From contig CM060732.1 in assembly GCA_030704615.1 (NCBI GenBank), forward strand, positions 30,070,001 through 30,134,000: a DNA stretch of 64,000 nucleotides, read 5' to 3'. The DNA is from Takakia lepidozioides (lineage: Eukaryota; Plantae; Bryophyta). Below the pieces are notes generated by a model. It did not search any database and was not told the DNA's origin. It worked only from the letters and a program-made list of their open reading frames with translations. The position numbers and the translations under genes are program-made. The first letter of the stretch is position 1; each line of letters starts with the position of its first letter. Below, piece by piece: positions 25,671 through 39,060 of this stretch.

Positions 25671-27192
25671 CTAGCTCTGCCTCGTGAGTATAAGTCTCTC
25701 TCTCTTAATGTCTATGGTGGCCCTGTTTCTCAAGTGCCTCAGCATTTCTAACGTGCTTTTCACCAATTAAATTAAGTTCAGCCATTTGCTGCTCAACCGA
25801 AACTAGTCCTGTCTGTGATATGAACCTGCAAAACACACGACTTACATCGTTCAATTCTTAGTCCCGTCAATTTGATTGTCATAAAAACAGGCAACACACC
25901 ACCCCCCCTCTTGCAGGGGAGGGAAGGTGGACTAGGGAATTCCCCAGAATGTCACTGCAGAGGGGGAAAGTGGAACAATCACATTGTTCCTCTTGCAGGG
26001 GAGGGAAGGTGGGCTAGGGAATTCCACAGAATGTCGCTGCAGAGGGGGAAAGTGGAACAATCACATGAACAATGTGAAGGTTCATCAACAGACAGTGGGA
26101 GTCTTCAATCTCTAGCTTCTGCTATTCAACATTAAATCCAACCGGGAAGCTCAAAATGTCTATTCAACCTCAACATAAAAATATTTCCGTGATAAGAGTA
26201 ATCCTTCAAACAAAGACAATCCAATCATCAATTGTGACAACGGTATATAAGAGGATATAGAGATACAGAAGCACAGAAGGAGGAAGAGAGGGGCACTGTG
26301 TACCAGTTAAGAAGAAGGAAGAGAAGGCCTGCCATTGCTATGAGCAAAGATACATGCAGTAATGGCATGATGCCTGTCGAATTCAAGGCCACTGGAAGCA
26401 ACAGCAACAGTGATGCAGCCAAGGCCAGCAGCACCATTCTCAGTGTAGCCCATGTCGGTGCCTGCACACACAAGGGATTTGATCTTGTCCATGCTATTGA
26501 GCAATCCAAACTTGTTTTGTGCAGCCACCTACAAACTACATACAAAGATGCTGCCACCTTTTAATCACTTCCAGACATCATCCGTACAAAGAATGCCAGG
26601 AATCAGATCATTAGGCAGCTCAGGAGGATCCATCTGCAATGGGCCTGAACAATAGTTCTCAACCTCTCCTCTACAAAAAGGCTTTCCTTGTCCTCTAAGG
26701 GATGATCAAATTACCCTGCCTCCCTACCTCTCTGGCAGGCTCTCCAGATCCCTCATGAAGGCAGAGACTGGACTGATTCACAGGCCGATGCTAGAATCTG
26801 TCCTGTCCGTGCCATGCAAGAGCTGTAATCATTACAGTAGATCTGCATCAGCTGGGTCTATTCACACCTTGCAAGAGTTCTTAAAGTGGAAATGCTTCCC
26901 ATTCAGGGTCTAGGACAAGAGTCGCGTACTTGGCCGGATACCCAGGTCCTGCAATCACACCGCAATACATACAGTGGAAACAACAGCTCGCATTTGATTT
27001 CAACATTTCACGACCAGAATGTCTAACACACAAATAAAAAGGGATGGAAAAGCTCCACAGGATGCGCACATTGACGCCGCCTGCCAGGGCTCCCAGCAGC
27101 ACCGCCTCCCCGGAACTCGAAGTGGTCGCCCTGTTCCCCGTGCTGCCCATCTCTCCGGAACTGTCCTCCTCCAACCCATCTGGGTCCCCCAT
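25671..27192 (-). CDS. Small conserved two-TM membrane protein, possibly Pkr1-like (V-ATPase assembly factor family)
   Basis: Exons 27192-27070, 26461-26304, 25825-25671: ...GEAVLLGALAGGVN|APTWATLRMVLLALAASLLLLL...LLHVSLLIAMAGLLFLLLNW|FISQTGLVSVEQQMAELNL. The family assignment is from memory and the 3' end is uncertain. Confidence 0.65.
25906..26066 (+). repeat. Intronic tandem duplication of about 80 bp
   Basis: CCTCTTGCAGGGGAGGGAAGGTGG...GCAGAGGGGGAAAGTGGAACAATCACAT occurs twice in a row. Confidence 0.9.
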
Positions 27193-28162
27193 GTCTGCAC
27201 GATTGCTGCCCTGGAGGGAGGGAGGGAAGGAGGGAGGGAGAGGTCTGAGCTGGGTTTGTTTTTTCTTCTTTGGGGGTTTTGAACAGGGGACAGAGGCCAG
27301 AGAGAAACTGTATTTTGGATTATTAGAGGGATATAATCTAAAACCCTCCGTTACACCATAAGGCACACACACCGTAAGTAAGTTTTAGTCACGGAAAAAG
27401 CGAACATTGCTACTCAAGGAAGACTACTTATCGAACTGACAAGGCCCGAGGGCCTTTTGAGAGAACCTGCGTGTGAAGGCTTCTAGAGTCCAGTGTGAAA
27501 CCGATCTTGAGTAGAAGCACGTATTAGCGGAAGTGGATGCTTTGAAGTATTGCTTGACGTGTTTCCAAATAGTATCCCTGTCAAATTCCAGGCGAGGCGG
27601 TGGATGGTACCAGGTCTCTCCAGTGTTGGGGGATTGCTTTTTCCAAACGCAGTGATCTTTCGAAGAGCTGTGGTATATGAGTCATTGACGGGCCCAAGTT
27701 GTCGGAAAGGTAGCTGACCTGCATTGCGTGAAGATGTCTGATGTCTGCACGGAGTTTGATCCATGCTTTCCTCGATTCAATTAGGAGGTCTTGATAGATA
27801 AGGGAGAGGAGAGAAGATATAGAGCAAGTTTTACTTGAGAAGTTTCCTCCGCCGTCGTGCGATACTAAGGTCGTTTCTGGGAACAGTAAAATAAACTAGT
27901 ATTCACGTGGAGCCTACGCAGGATGGACCCGCAGCCAAAATGCTCATCGAGGGGCCTCTTAGCGTTGGCAAGGCAGATCTGCAGATGTCGAGCTGAACAA
28001 TGAGAGAGATGGGAGAGTAGGGAGAAGGAGGGAGACCCTCGTGTAGGGAAGAAGGCAAGCATGAAGGGCTGAGGTCCTGTAGAAAGCATATGGTGAAGCT
28101 GGTATGAGCTGAGGAGACATATACTGTATTTACAGAAGGCGTGTAAGTAAAAAGGAGATACT

Positions 28163-29150
28163 ATGGAGAAGTACCAGTTTTGTTTTGTTCCAGTTGTTTA
28201 TGATTCAGGGAGGGAGAATTTGCAGTCATGTCCTGTTGATTTGTCCCCAGCTGTTACGTCAGTGGCATTTGATCCTATTCTGCCTCTGTTGAGGGTGCCT
28301 GTTCCTGCTGGCAAGGGTGATGAACCCTCGAAAGGGGCGTATGTGCTTGCCTTCAAACATGAGGAGAGCTGGCATCGTGCTTGGCACAAGTGTGAAGAAA
28401 AAGTTGTCGGACAGTGTGAGGTACACCTCTATAGTCTCCTTCTACCCTCTCATGAGGCTCCGGAGAAACTACGTAAAGGATCTGTTGCCTCCCAACAATG
28501 GCAAGCCCTCTTTTGAATACGAACCCATTTTCTCTCATGATGCAACAATAGCCACACTTGTCACATCTGTTTCCAGCCAGAGGGTAGAGCAGCAGGGTTG
28601 GAATCTTTCCAAACTCTTTGATGAGAAAGCTGGTACACATATTAGGAAGTTTAGGGAACGGACATCCACACAAGGTGGGGATAATATTGTTTAGTTTCCT
28701 ATCTGTTCCATCGTTCATGTTCTTTAGTGTACAGGCACCATATGGTGGTCTTTCATAGCCCCCATGATGTTTCATGGCAGGCCCGAGCAAGGATGGGTTG
28801 CTCAATGCCAACGCATGTCGGCCACCCTGGTGGAAGGCATATTTTCCTTTCTTAAAGTCAAGGATGGATGAAGTCTCAGATAGGGAAGCTTGTGAAGAGA
28901 GAGAGATGATGGCGTGCCTGGCAGTGTGAGGGATGCACAAAATATTCTCAGGACACTTGTGAACCAGTATTTGCGGACATGAGAATTGCTGCACCTGGAC
29001 AATCAATTGACCCTTGGTTTAGCCTGCTGCTATTGAGGGGCTGGGTAGGGGGTCTGATTCGGCCTGAATTTGACTATAAAAACTTGCACATGGAACAAAT
29101 GAATTTTGGGATGATCTTCAGTGCTTCTTTAGAGAGAAATTCAAATTGTA
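28163..29150 (+). pseudogene. Conserved Cys-rich plant protein of unknown function, copy 1 (disrupted exon 2)
   Basis: Exon 1 28163-28420 is intact (FDPILPLLRVPVP...PSKGAYVLAF..EESW..AW..CEEK...QCE). Exon 2 from 28781 lacks 7 nt relative to copy 2, has further indels and a ~250-bp deletion at about 29020. Confidence 0.75.
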
Positions 29151-29649
29151 AAACCTTATAGCGAAATGTGTATTGGCTTTCCTTGTGAATTTATGGGACA
29201 GCAGGTGCCATGTAAAGATGTACAGATGGGAACCCTACTTCAATTCCATCTACTGGTCCTTTGCTGCATGGCTCTTGCATCTGATTCATATTCCTGCAGA
29301 GAAATCAGTGACCCTTCAAATGTGTGTGAGGGCCTAAGTTACTGGTAAAGCATACCTTGGTGGAAAACTTAGAAACAGAACTTTGAAGTTTCTGTTGCAT
29401 CTAACCTTCCAGAGGTGCCAGAGAGTAGAGCTTCTAAGCTATTCAAAGACAGGGCAGGTAAGGGCTTTCTGTTTCGAGCTGGGAATTGCATGTCACTGAC
29501 ACTTGCTGGGCATCATGGTTATCTCAGATTTGATTCTGAAAGAAAACCCTAACAGATGGTTGAATGAAAGTGGGTCAATGGCTTTCTGTTTCATACTGAA
29601 CCTACAATGAAGCTAAAATTCCAGGTCTGCAAAGGCTTCTGAATGATGA

Positions 29650-32390
29650 TCCATGTTCTAGTGCCCCAAGAATGGAGACTTGATTGCACTGGCACTACCT
29701 ATTAATCCTCCTATTCCACTAATGTGTGGGCGAGTACAATCCTTCACACCTTTTCCTGGACTCTAGCTTTGCCAAGAATTTCCTCCATTACAAAAAACTC
29801 CCATGGTTTTTAAGGATGGAGGTTGTGGGCGAGTCTCCAGCCAACATCCAATGCGCTATGCACTGATGGCTGGAGATCAGCAGTATGGACAGTTCCCTGC
29901 ATCTTTGTCAGCAATTATTGAGAAGTGTCTCAGAGTTGAGAAGATTCAAGGTGGTAAAGTGATCCCAAACTTGATGAGTTTTAAGAAGCTTGAAAACTTC
30001 ATTTCTGCATCAAATTTGCAAAAAGATTCATAGAGCGAGGAAGCTATTTGTACCACAGTTGTCAACAATGAAGGGAAGTATGATGTTGATGATGATGAAG
30101 GTATCGATGCTGCAAAAGTTCCGTGGGTGGGTAAGTTGTACTGGCCTTCCAGTTCTTAGCTGTAGCCTTTTTCAGAATGGCGCTGAATGTGTCATCCTTG
30201 GCATTCACAAGCCAGCCTGTAACAACTCCCAAAATATCAACTCCAAAGAAAAATTTCCAGCTATATTGACTGGTATACTGACTGTTGGGGCAGATTATAC
30301 AGGCTACTGCTAGCGTCCACAAAAGACTCTTTCAGAAAACAGCCCATGCACCACTAACCACACAGTGCCCATTAACACAGTCATTTCAAAACCAAAGGTG
30401 TCTTCCTCTGACCGATCCACTTTCTGGGTTGCCTTCATGCACGCAACTTCTGCTGCTTCACCCTAATTGGGATATTTAAACCTAAATGCATGGTGAAATT
30501 TTCAGGCAAAGCTCTCCTTGCAATTGCCGTCGACTCCTCTGAGTCGTATACAACTTGTAAACATGAATGATCTCTGTAATGCACTGCTTGAGATGTACTG
30601 ACAACTAACCAATGAGGGCATCCGAATCTTGAAGGATTGTTGTGGAAGGCAGCTCCTTGACGGACTTCCGGGCACTCAGCCACCTCCCCAGCTGCGGCAA
30701 TCCATGCCATGTCAGCAATCCTGCTGAGATTGTTCCAGCTCGACTGCGCTCGTTCTGTGAGCTGCGACACCACAAAAGCTACAATCAGGTCCCATTTTGG
30801 ACCGTCCACTAACTAGGCTTTGTAAGCCCAGATTGTTGTTTGAGTGTAGCATGCTACAACCATAAAAATCCTGCCTTCAGGCCTTATGGCATTGGTTACT
30901 GATCCACTGATGAGAGCCCTTTCTTGACCATTCTTCCAAAATACTTACCGGAAAAAAGCAACAGCTCGACGGGTAACTGCAAGACGCTTTAGAAGCCAAA
31001 CACCATCCTCCCTTCAAGAATTGCCCGACTCCTGTGCTTCTTCAAAAGCCCGAAATTTAGAGGCTCAACCAGTACTGACTCAAAAAGCACCCCTCTCAGT
31101 GTCGCCTCCTCATTAGCATCCTGCCGCCATGACCATAAAAAGCAATAGACAACACCTTCAATGAGAATCACCAAGAATACAGAGAGGCACTTCTTAAATG
31201 GCAGGCGGTGTATGTTAATTGAGAAAAAAAGTTCAACAGCCCTTAGATTGTTTCATAACGGACCCGGGATGAAGATCAGAAGAAGGTGGTTAATTTGAAA
31301 TGTCTACCTGGTGTACAATGCAGAGGGAGGACTAAGAGCCTACCAGAATATGGAGGAGCGGAAGAGGAGCGTCAAGCAGCAAATCCAGTAACATATCTGG
31401 CCCCCAACCACACAAATTGGATCATTTCAATACAGTAGTCTAGCTGTACTGCTTAGAAGAGTCTGGCAGATACAAAAGCAGTAAAACAAGCCTGTAAAAG
31501 GAACATGCTATGGTAAGAAGAGTTCCAAAATGGTGCAATGCTGACTTTTACACTGGCCTTTCTTAACCTGCTCCATTTCATAACATTTGAAATCCTTTAT
31601 TACTGGGCATCATAAATTAGTGGTCTTGCTGCCGCATTTCCTGGTGTTTTTAATTTCGCCGATTGTTAGGTGAGCCACAAATCTGGCTGCTCAGCTTGCT
31701 ACTCTGGTAAGATGTTCAAAACAACTTACCTGATACACAGAGCGTACTCGCAGAATGAACCACCATATTCTTTAACTTGTCCTCAAGCTCATGTTTTCCC
31801 ACATCGAAACATTTAAACTGTTTCTTCAACCGGCTCCGCCAATCCACCATCTCGATCATGAGTTGCAACACAGCTATTTCAGCTATCACAACATCTGCTA
31901 AGCGGGCAATGTCAGCACTCTCGCTCCATGGCAACTTTTGCATTCCCTTTGTCACAACTGGGAAACAAGGAGATATAGATATCTGGGGGAGCTGGCTCTC
32001 ACTAGCTAAATTCACCAAAGGTGGTCCGAAGGGGATACCGCCAAAGTTCTTTTCCCTCCGTTGGCAGAGAACCATGAACCCCAAAACCTGTCGCACCAAC
32101 TCTTTCAACTTCTGCAGCACTTTTCTCCAACTTTTGCCCATGCCTTCTCCTGAGTCCCCTCTTTTTGATTCCTCAAGAAATCCAATCACTTCACTTGCTG
32201 AGACAACTGCCTCAAAAATGAAGGACACGACAAGATCCAAGGTCACAATAGCTGTGAGTCCATTAATATATCCTGCAGTCATCTTCATGAGAGAGAGTAG
32301 CAGACTGCGGGCCACAGATATCCAGAAGAGCTCCAGTCCAATCCCCTCTTATTGTCTTCCACTACTCCGTTGGCTATAAGTCCTTTCCCT
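29650..32390. pseudogene. Degenerate coding-like remnants of unidentified gene(s)
   Basis: Protein-like frames broken by stops on - (32340-31716, 31174-30435) and on + (about 29660-30130). No family was recognised. Confidence 0.3.
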
Positions 32391-32391
32391 A

Positions 32392-34915
32392 TACTTACAA
32401 AGGTCCACATTAACGAAAGTGGTGGGTTATTTCACGCATGCAGGAGACGAACCACAACATCACGCCATTCCCTTCCCTGCAATGAGGATTGTAAGACAGT
32501 GAGGAATAAAACAATGACCAAACACATCGTTCGCCAAGGCCTTGAGCAACCAACTGCTCAAACGGTGGTAGACATGCTCGCACCGGTGCCGGAAGAAGAT
32601 CTCGTGCAGAGCGGAGATGCTGCTGGAAGGGTAAAATGTCACTGTTGACATGTGCAACGGCGTCCATAAGGATGGGATGATGGTCACAGAGAAATCCTCA
32701 AGCAAGGCCTGGCGCCACCAACGCCCAACTGCCGAGGAAAGCTGACGGGGCGGTAGTGAAAGTGGACAAAAGACCCACACCACCGGAAGAGACGGGCAGG
32801 GTGGCTTGCTGTCGTGGCAAAAGTCCCTGAGCACCCTCCAGAACTCCTGGTCCTAACAATCTTCCGAAGATAGTCATCATGGTAGTATCAAACCCAGATA
32901 AGAGGTGTAGGAAATCTGGGCTGGGTGGAACAGTGCGCAAGAGAGGAGTGCATCTTCCAAGAAGGACGTTGTGAACTTGGTGGTGCCAAAAGAGACTCCC
33001 AAGATTCTGATGCCATGGGGCGGAGCAATGAAGTGAGCAGGGATGACAAAATCTGCAGGGAGACCGGACGGAGACCACACCGCACATTTGCGAGGTTGCA
33101 CTGAAAGGCCCACGGCAGAGAGTTGGGTGACAAAATGATGGTAAACTGAAAGTACATGTGAGGCAGGGCCTACAATGTGCGTGTCGTCTGTCACCGACGG
33201 AAAAAGACAAGATGAGTGTACTTGTGCAGAAGCCGTGAGGGCGCGGACGTGAGCCATGGCAAACAAAGGTCCTCCTAAAGGGTCGCCTTGGCGGGTCCCA
33301 ACCTTGGACTGAATGATGGAGCACTCACCTAGACGAGAATGATGACTATAGAATAAATGCATAGAATAATCGAACAAACGGAATGAGCTGGTGGAAATCT
33401 CCTCCGGCTGAACGGAGCTCCTGAAAGATAGCCGCTCGTGATACAATGTTGAAAGCGTTGGTGACGTCGACCTGGAGAACCATCCAATCCGGATGAAGAT
33501 CAAGAGCTGCACGAATCCCCTAAACCACCGCCTCACAACCTCTTGGAGTGGCGACCTCGAACTGGTGAGGAAAGAGGTCTTCGGAGAAGGCATCTCGAAA
33601 TTGAAGACAAAGTGAGCGGCTGACAAGGCGGTAAAGAACCTCTACAACTGTGATAGGGCGGATGCCAGTACCTGAGGATTTGTTCATAGCCAACAATCTG
33701 GAGGCCCCCAGGAGACAGGCCAGGATACAGCCAGCAGCAATAAAAGAGCAAATCTGAAATAGCTGAGAGAAGCCACTAGCAGAGTCTTGTGGAGAGAAAC
33801 AGTCGCGTAAGTGCTCATACAGGAGACCGGAAGGACCTGCCGCTGCAAGATGATGACTGCGCGTGATAGCCTGAGTGAAGACCTCCCGATCTAGCTTGAG
33901 ATCCTGGTCTGGCTCGAAGTCCTCGACAAAAAGCGGCAGAATATCCTGAGCTGATGGGTGAAGGGCTTCGAGGGCAGTGACAGTATCCGCTGATGGAGGC
34001 GCTGGTGTGGAAGGTGCTAAAGCCTTGGCCGTGCGTGAGTACTCGCCAACGTGGCCTAACATGAGACTATTATGAAGTCGCCTGTGGGCCGATGAGGGTG
34101 GCTGCGTGGAGAAAGCGGGAGGGGCGCGTGCCGCAAGGGCTAGTGCCCGTAATTGATGCTCATCTTGCAGACTCTCCCAATCTCCAGATAAAAAACGGCA
34201 AAAACGGATGCGCGTCTCTCTGTGCCCTGACTGACCGCCACGAGGGGGCAAAACCAAAAACCACTAAGGAAATAACAAGAAAAGATACCATGCTGGTATA
34301 TCAGCAGGATCACAAGCCAGCCTGCCTAAGGGCAGACGGAGTGCCAGTTGGACCTCATGACGCAGTGCCACCGGAATTCTTGTATAAAGACGAGGCCTTG
34401 GCAGTCCTAGCTGAAATGTGCCCAGTACACCTAGAGCTGAAAGCCAATGTCATGCAACGGCAAGAGGTGGCGCGTGCAAGACACTAGGTTGAAATGGAGA
34501 AATACCATTTGTGTGGGACAGTTGAAGAGCCGCACATGTGCGCTAGTGTCGCGTAAGCCCTCTGATGCACGCAAAAAGACGACCGCAAGCTGGGCATGGG
34601 GTACGGTCTGATGGGATAGGCGCCTGCTGTTGGGGTAAGAGTGATGGGGTCGGTAATGCATGTTGCACAACTGGAGAAGAAATTGGGGTGAGCTCATAAG
34701 CCCACTGCCCATTCACCAGGTCGGATTCAGAAATTTTTCTAAGCCCTTGTTCATCTACCGTGGCGGACCTTCTAGCGGACTGGGCAGACCCTCCAGCAAG
34801 CCAATGAGCGGACTGGCACCTCTCCAGCAAACTAGGCAGACCCTACTCCAACCGGCAGACCCTCCAAGCATACCCTCCTCCAGCCTTGGACCCTCCAGAC
34901 AGACCCTTCGACAAA
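32392..34915 (-). mobile_element. Decayed CRE/SLACS-like non-LTR retrotransposon
   Basis: N-terminal C2H2-like CPACGRLFACIRGLTRH. RT motifs across frameshifted ORFs: AAGPSGL, GIRPITVVEVLYRLVSR, QFEVATPRGCEAVV, GTRQGDPLGGPLFA, SVTDDTHI, GIRILGVSFG, ATLPVSSGGVGL. The endonuclease region appears deleted. Confidence 0.8.
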
Positions 34916-35357
34916 ATATATATTTAATAACATAAATTACTGCCACAATACAACCTGACGAGATTTGTACACCAAAAACCTTGTGTTTATAATTCATTGC
35001 TCTTAACCACCACACTACCCGCCACTTTATATAAACTATTGCAATAACTAATGTTTTATGTGCACTAGGGCTTCGCGTTGCTCCGCACTACTAGCGACGA
35101 TTCTAAGACCTATGTTCAATTTTTACAAAAAGGGGCGAGTCATTCCCATGGTGTTACATGCATACACTCTGTATTTCATTGTTTTTCGGAAGAAGAACGG
35201 AGGAGTGTTGCCGAAGCTATCAATGAAAAGAGGGCTGAAATTTTGCTGGTCCCTCCTCTTCGGCATCCCCAGAGTTTGACGAAACACATAAAGATTGCCA
35301 CTAAGACTAAGCTGCATTACCATAGGTAGACACCCAAGACTTTCAAAAGAAAGAAAG

Positions 35358-35600
35358 AAAAAAAAAAAAAAAAAAAACAAAAACGGGAAGCTGCTTCTCG
35401 CAAACCAGGGCCTTCATTATGGTGAGGAGAAAATAACCTCTTTGATAAAGATAAAGGTAAATTTTCTTTAATGTCCAATGAATCTATAGAGCCTACTACT
35501 CAACACAGCCCATCTAGAGGCCAATGGTCGGTTTGAAGGCACATGTTGAAGGATTGAACCCAGGATCACTAACCGAGCACAAGGCTCATGGGACCCCGGG
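35358..35600 (-). mobile_element. Second, more diverged SINE-like copy
   Basis: B-box GGGTTCAATCC on - (about 35550-35561). Shares GAGGAGAAAATAACCTCT and an adjacent A-run with the element at 15878-16095. Confidence 0.4.
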
Positions 35601-36779
35601 GGGTGTGTGGGGGGGGGGGTTGGGAAAAAGATCATACCACACCCGACAAGGTTGACTTTCTTCTTTTGCAGCGCCACCAAGTTAGTGGAGGTGTTGGCAG
35701 TAGTGACAGCGGTAGCAGCGCTAAGCGAGCAAGCGGGCGCTGTGCAACAGTGGGCCCCACGCCGGTCGGGCGGCCTCGATCGGCTCGTCCCCTAGCTCGT
35801 TCAGCCCCAACGCCGTACAGGCAGCCAGCTCTAGCCCTCACCACAACCCCTTTACTGCCTACTCCACCATCCCTGTCAGTTCGCTCCCCAGAGCAACGAG
35901 AGGTGCTGAACAGAGCCGCAACTGCTCCTGCTGGAAGACCTGCTCATCTTGAAAGACCCCAATGCCAACGTACCCCTACCCCTAGGTCACATGTTCCTGA
36001 TGCGCACCAAAGTCCAAGCTCCAGACACCAAGTTCAAGAAGAGTCGCCCTCTTCACAACGGTCTTCTCCACCGCTGATTCCAAGTTCTTCCATTGACGCC
36101 CCACCGACCGAAGAACTTCCACAATGTCTATTGAGCTCTCCCCACTGCGCCTCTCAGATAGGGTTTGAGGTCCCACGCCAGTCACTTCTCCTCCAGGTTC
36201 TCCATCCCATTCTCGGCAGCGGCTTCAAGGCAATCCAACTCCTCTTGGTCATGAGCCGTGCATTCATGACCCTATTATTAAAAAATGAGAGGCTTTTCTC
36301 CTTACTCCCCTTAATTAATAAAGTTTTCAGCCAAAATTATTCAATTAATTGGTTAAGCTTTTAAGGTGTTTAATATCATAATAGAGATCAAAATTGAACA
36401 AGCTTTTATAGGCTACACTATTATTACAATATAAATGATTCACAATATATTCACAATATAACATATATCTTCATTTGAAGTTTTGCCATACATTTTCATA
36501 TCTTATATTTGTAGAGAAGTTGCTACATATTATAAACATGGGTAGCTTGTGTCCAAATGACCATTGAATGAAGAATATGTGCCTCAAAATTGCAAATCAT
36601 AGACATTCTTTGTTAAAATTTTATAAAGATAAAAGTCCAAAATTAACCCTAAAATCCAAATATAACGAATATGACATGTCATATAATTTGCATGGCTTGG
36701 CAAGTACCTGCCTACTATTATTTTCTTCAAATTTGGGAGTTCATACCAATTACATAGTCCATCTTGGTCAACGTTTTTT

Positions 36780-37045
36780 TTTTAAATTTAAGAACTTGAG
36801 CCACGTTGGCTCCTGACTGGCCTATGTTTGAGATTGAGCTTTCACAGAACCCAACACACGTCCAGTATATGAACAAAATGTTCTTTGTCTGGATGGCAAC
36901 CACCGTTTGGTGCCCTGGATGGAGTACATCAGCAAGATGTATGAGGAGAACAAAGAGTGGCACTATCGGGTTCTGTCAATGGTCCTGGATCCGGAGGGGA
37001 AGTTTACGCAGCTTCTAACTGCAATGCACGATATCAACAAGAGTC
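36780..37045 (+). pseudogene. Frameshifted fragment with a ParB/Srx-like DGNHR motif, probably TE-associated
   Basis: MNKMFFVW/DGNHRLVPWMEYISKMYEENKEWHYRVLSMVLDP, with a 1-nt frameshift at about 36892. Confidence 0.45.
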
Positions 37046-39060
37046 TTGCCCACTTCTTGCCTTCCATTTCATTGTTATGTCAATCTTCAAACTTTGTCAA
37101 CTTACGTATTTGTCGACTCGCAATTCAATTGAATTGTGGGGATGCGATCCAATTGAATTGTAATCTATAGCTATTAATTTATTAGTTTATAAAACGTGTA
37201 TTCAATTTTGTATATATGATAGGCGTATATCCCATCACATACATCATATTGCTTAAAAAATACAAGCTGCCAACCCTGCCCGTCTTTCCTTTCTGTCCGT
37301 GGCAAGGTGCCCTGCTCGCCAAGATGAAGCTCTCAACGAGAGAAGCTTGTAAGCGTTTTGATAGGAGGAGGAGAAGCAGCTGGAGTATTCAATTGAATTG
37401 CAGATGGACAATTGAATTGAATTGCGTGCGCACAATTCAATTCAATTGACGACAGTTCAATTGATCAAACCTAAACTCTATGGCATGTGATCTCAAACCG
37501 GTGGCTACTGTCAAGAATGTTTGATGAGTTTTATGCGAACTCAACTCATGTAGTGTTCGGTTTGTGGGAGCGACACGGGAGGTAATTTTTTCTAAGTAAC
37601 AACGACATTGCATCATTGCAAAGCATGTTGTTGAGCGAAAATGCCTTCTGAAAGAATTGGACCTCAACCACAAAGACTCTACCCACTGCAGCATAGGCGA
37701 GACCTACACAAGCAAACCACTTTAGTGTACAAGAACAAACATAAATGAAAAAAACACCCGGAACATCTTAAAAGTTTCGTGTAGATCAGAACAAGGCAAA
37801 GAAGCCATGGAAACAAAGGCAACCAGCCTAGCACAACTCTATCACATGGATACAATCCATTGACAAATATGACTAATCTTGTCCAAGATCAGCAACTCTG
37901 CTCAAACCTTCATGTGCCAATGCAAAGAGGTGGTGCAAGTCTGCTTACATCGAGGTGCATGACACAGATACTAGGCGGGTAAGCGAAACCTAAACGAGAA
38001 TTCCCTCCATAGCTCGACCCCTAAGCGAAAGCGGGGAAGAGTTTGAACCCAAGGCTTTGCTCCTTGCGCTGGCAGGGTGGTAGGGTTTCTAGAAATCGAT
38101 AGGCAAGATCATCCGGATCTAACAAACCGGAATGGCATGTGGCTCTTTCCGATAGCTGTATAGGCAGCGTCCTCATTGTAGCGACATAATAGCATTAGGG
38201 AGGGCAGTAATGCGAAACAGTGCCATATTTTAACCCATAATTCCTTTGTAGATTTCGTGAGGCCAATTTCTTCCTCGAAAAGTGGCAAAATTTCGCGCAA
38301 AAAAAACCCGCTGATCTTGGTGCTCCTTCCATCTCATTTCTGAGCTTTATTCGCAATAATTACAAATTACAATTGAAGGGAAGAAATAACTTAACTTGGA
38401 TTTAACTTTGTTGATAGTGGATCACATCATATATAATGTACCAAAATGATCTAATTGAAACTCCGAAAGTATTGATATCAATCTTATAAGGAATTATGAT
38501 ACTAATAGTATGCCTTGTAAGAAGCTTCCATGTTCAATTTGAATTTTAATATCACATTTTTCATAGGCCTCAATCAATTCTATATTCTTTAAAAAAATCT
38601 ATATTCTAATAAAAAATAAAAAATCTAATGCTATGGCATAACATGTGTCACTTTTTTAAAGACGAGAATTGTCTCAAAATTGCCCATAGTATTCAGTATT
38701 TTATTTTCGTTGAAGTAAACTTTATTTATTATTATTATTATTTTTTGAGAAGCCTAAAGCAATTGAAAATAGATTATGGTTTTTTTGTTTTTTTTAATAG
38801 TTTTAGAGTAAGTTAGATTTTACTTCTTCTTTTATAGCAACGGATTTGGGTAAAGCAACGGTATTGGGCAGCCTTAGTAGGGTGACAGAGAGCAGCCCTT
38901 TGGAGCTCGGGAGTCAGCTTGTGGTGCACAGGCCATGGCGCAGCGACTGACTGGTTCACAGGATTCTCACCAAGGCTGTTTTGGAAGCCTTGCCAGATTC
39001 AATCAGCAGCCCTGGCAATCTTGATTCTCCAAGCTAGTCGCGCAAGGTCGCAGCTTGTCG

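Noticed and set aside
35588-36364. 258-aa Pro/Ser-rich ORF
   Set aside because: Low complexity with no recognisable domain. It lies among TE debris.
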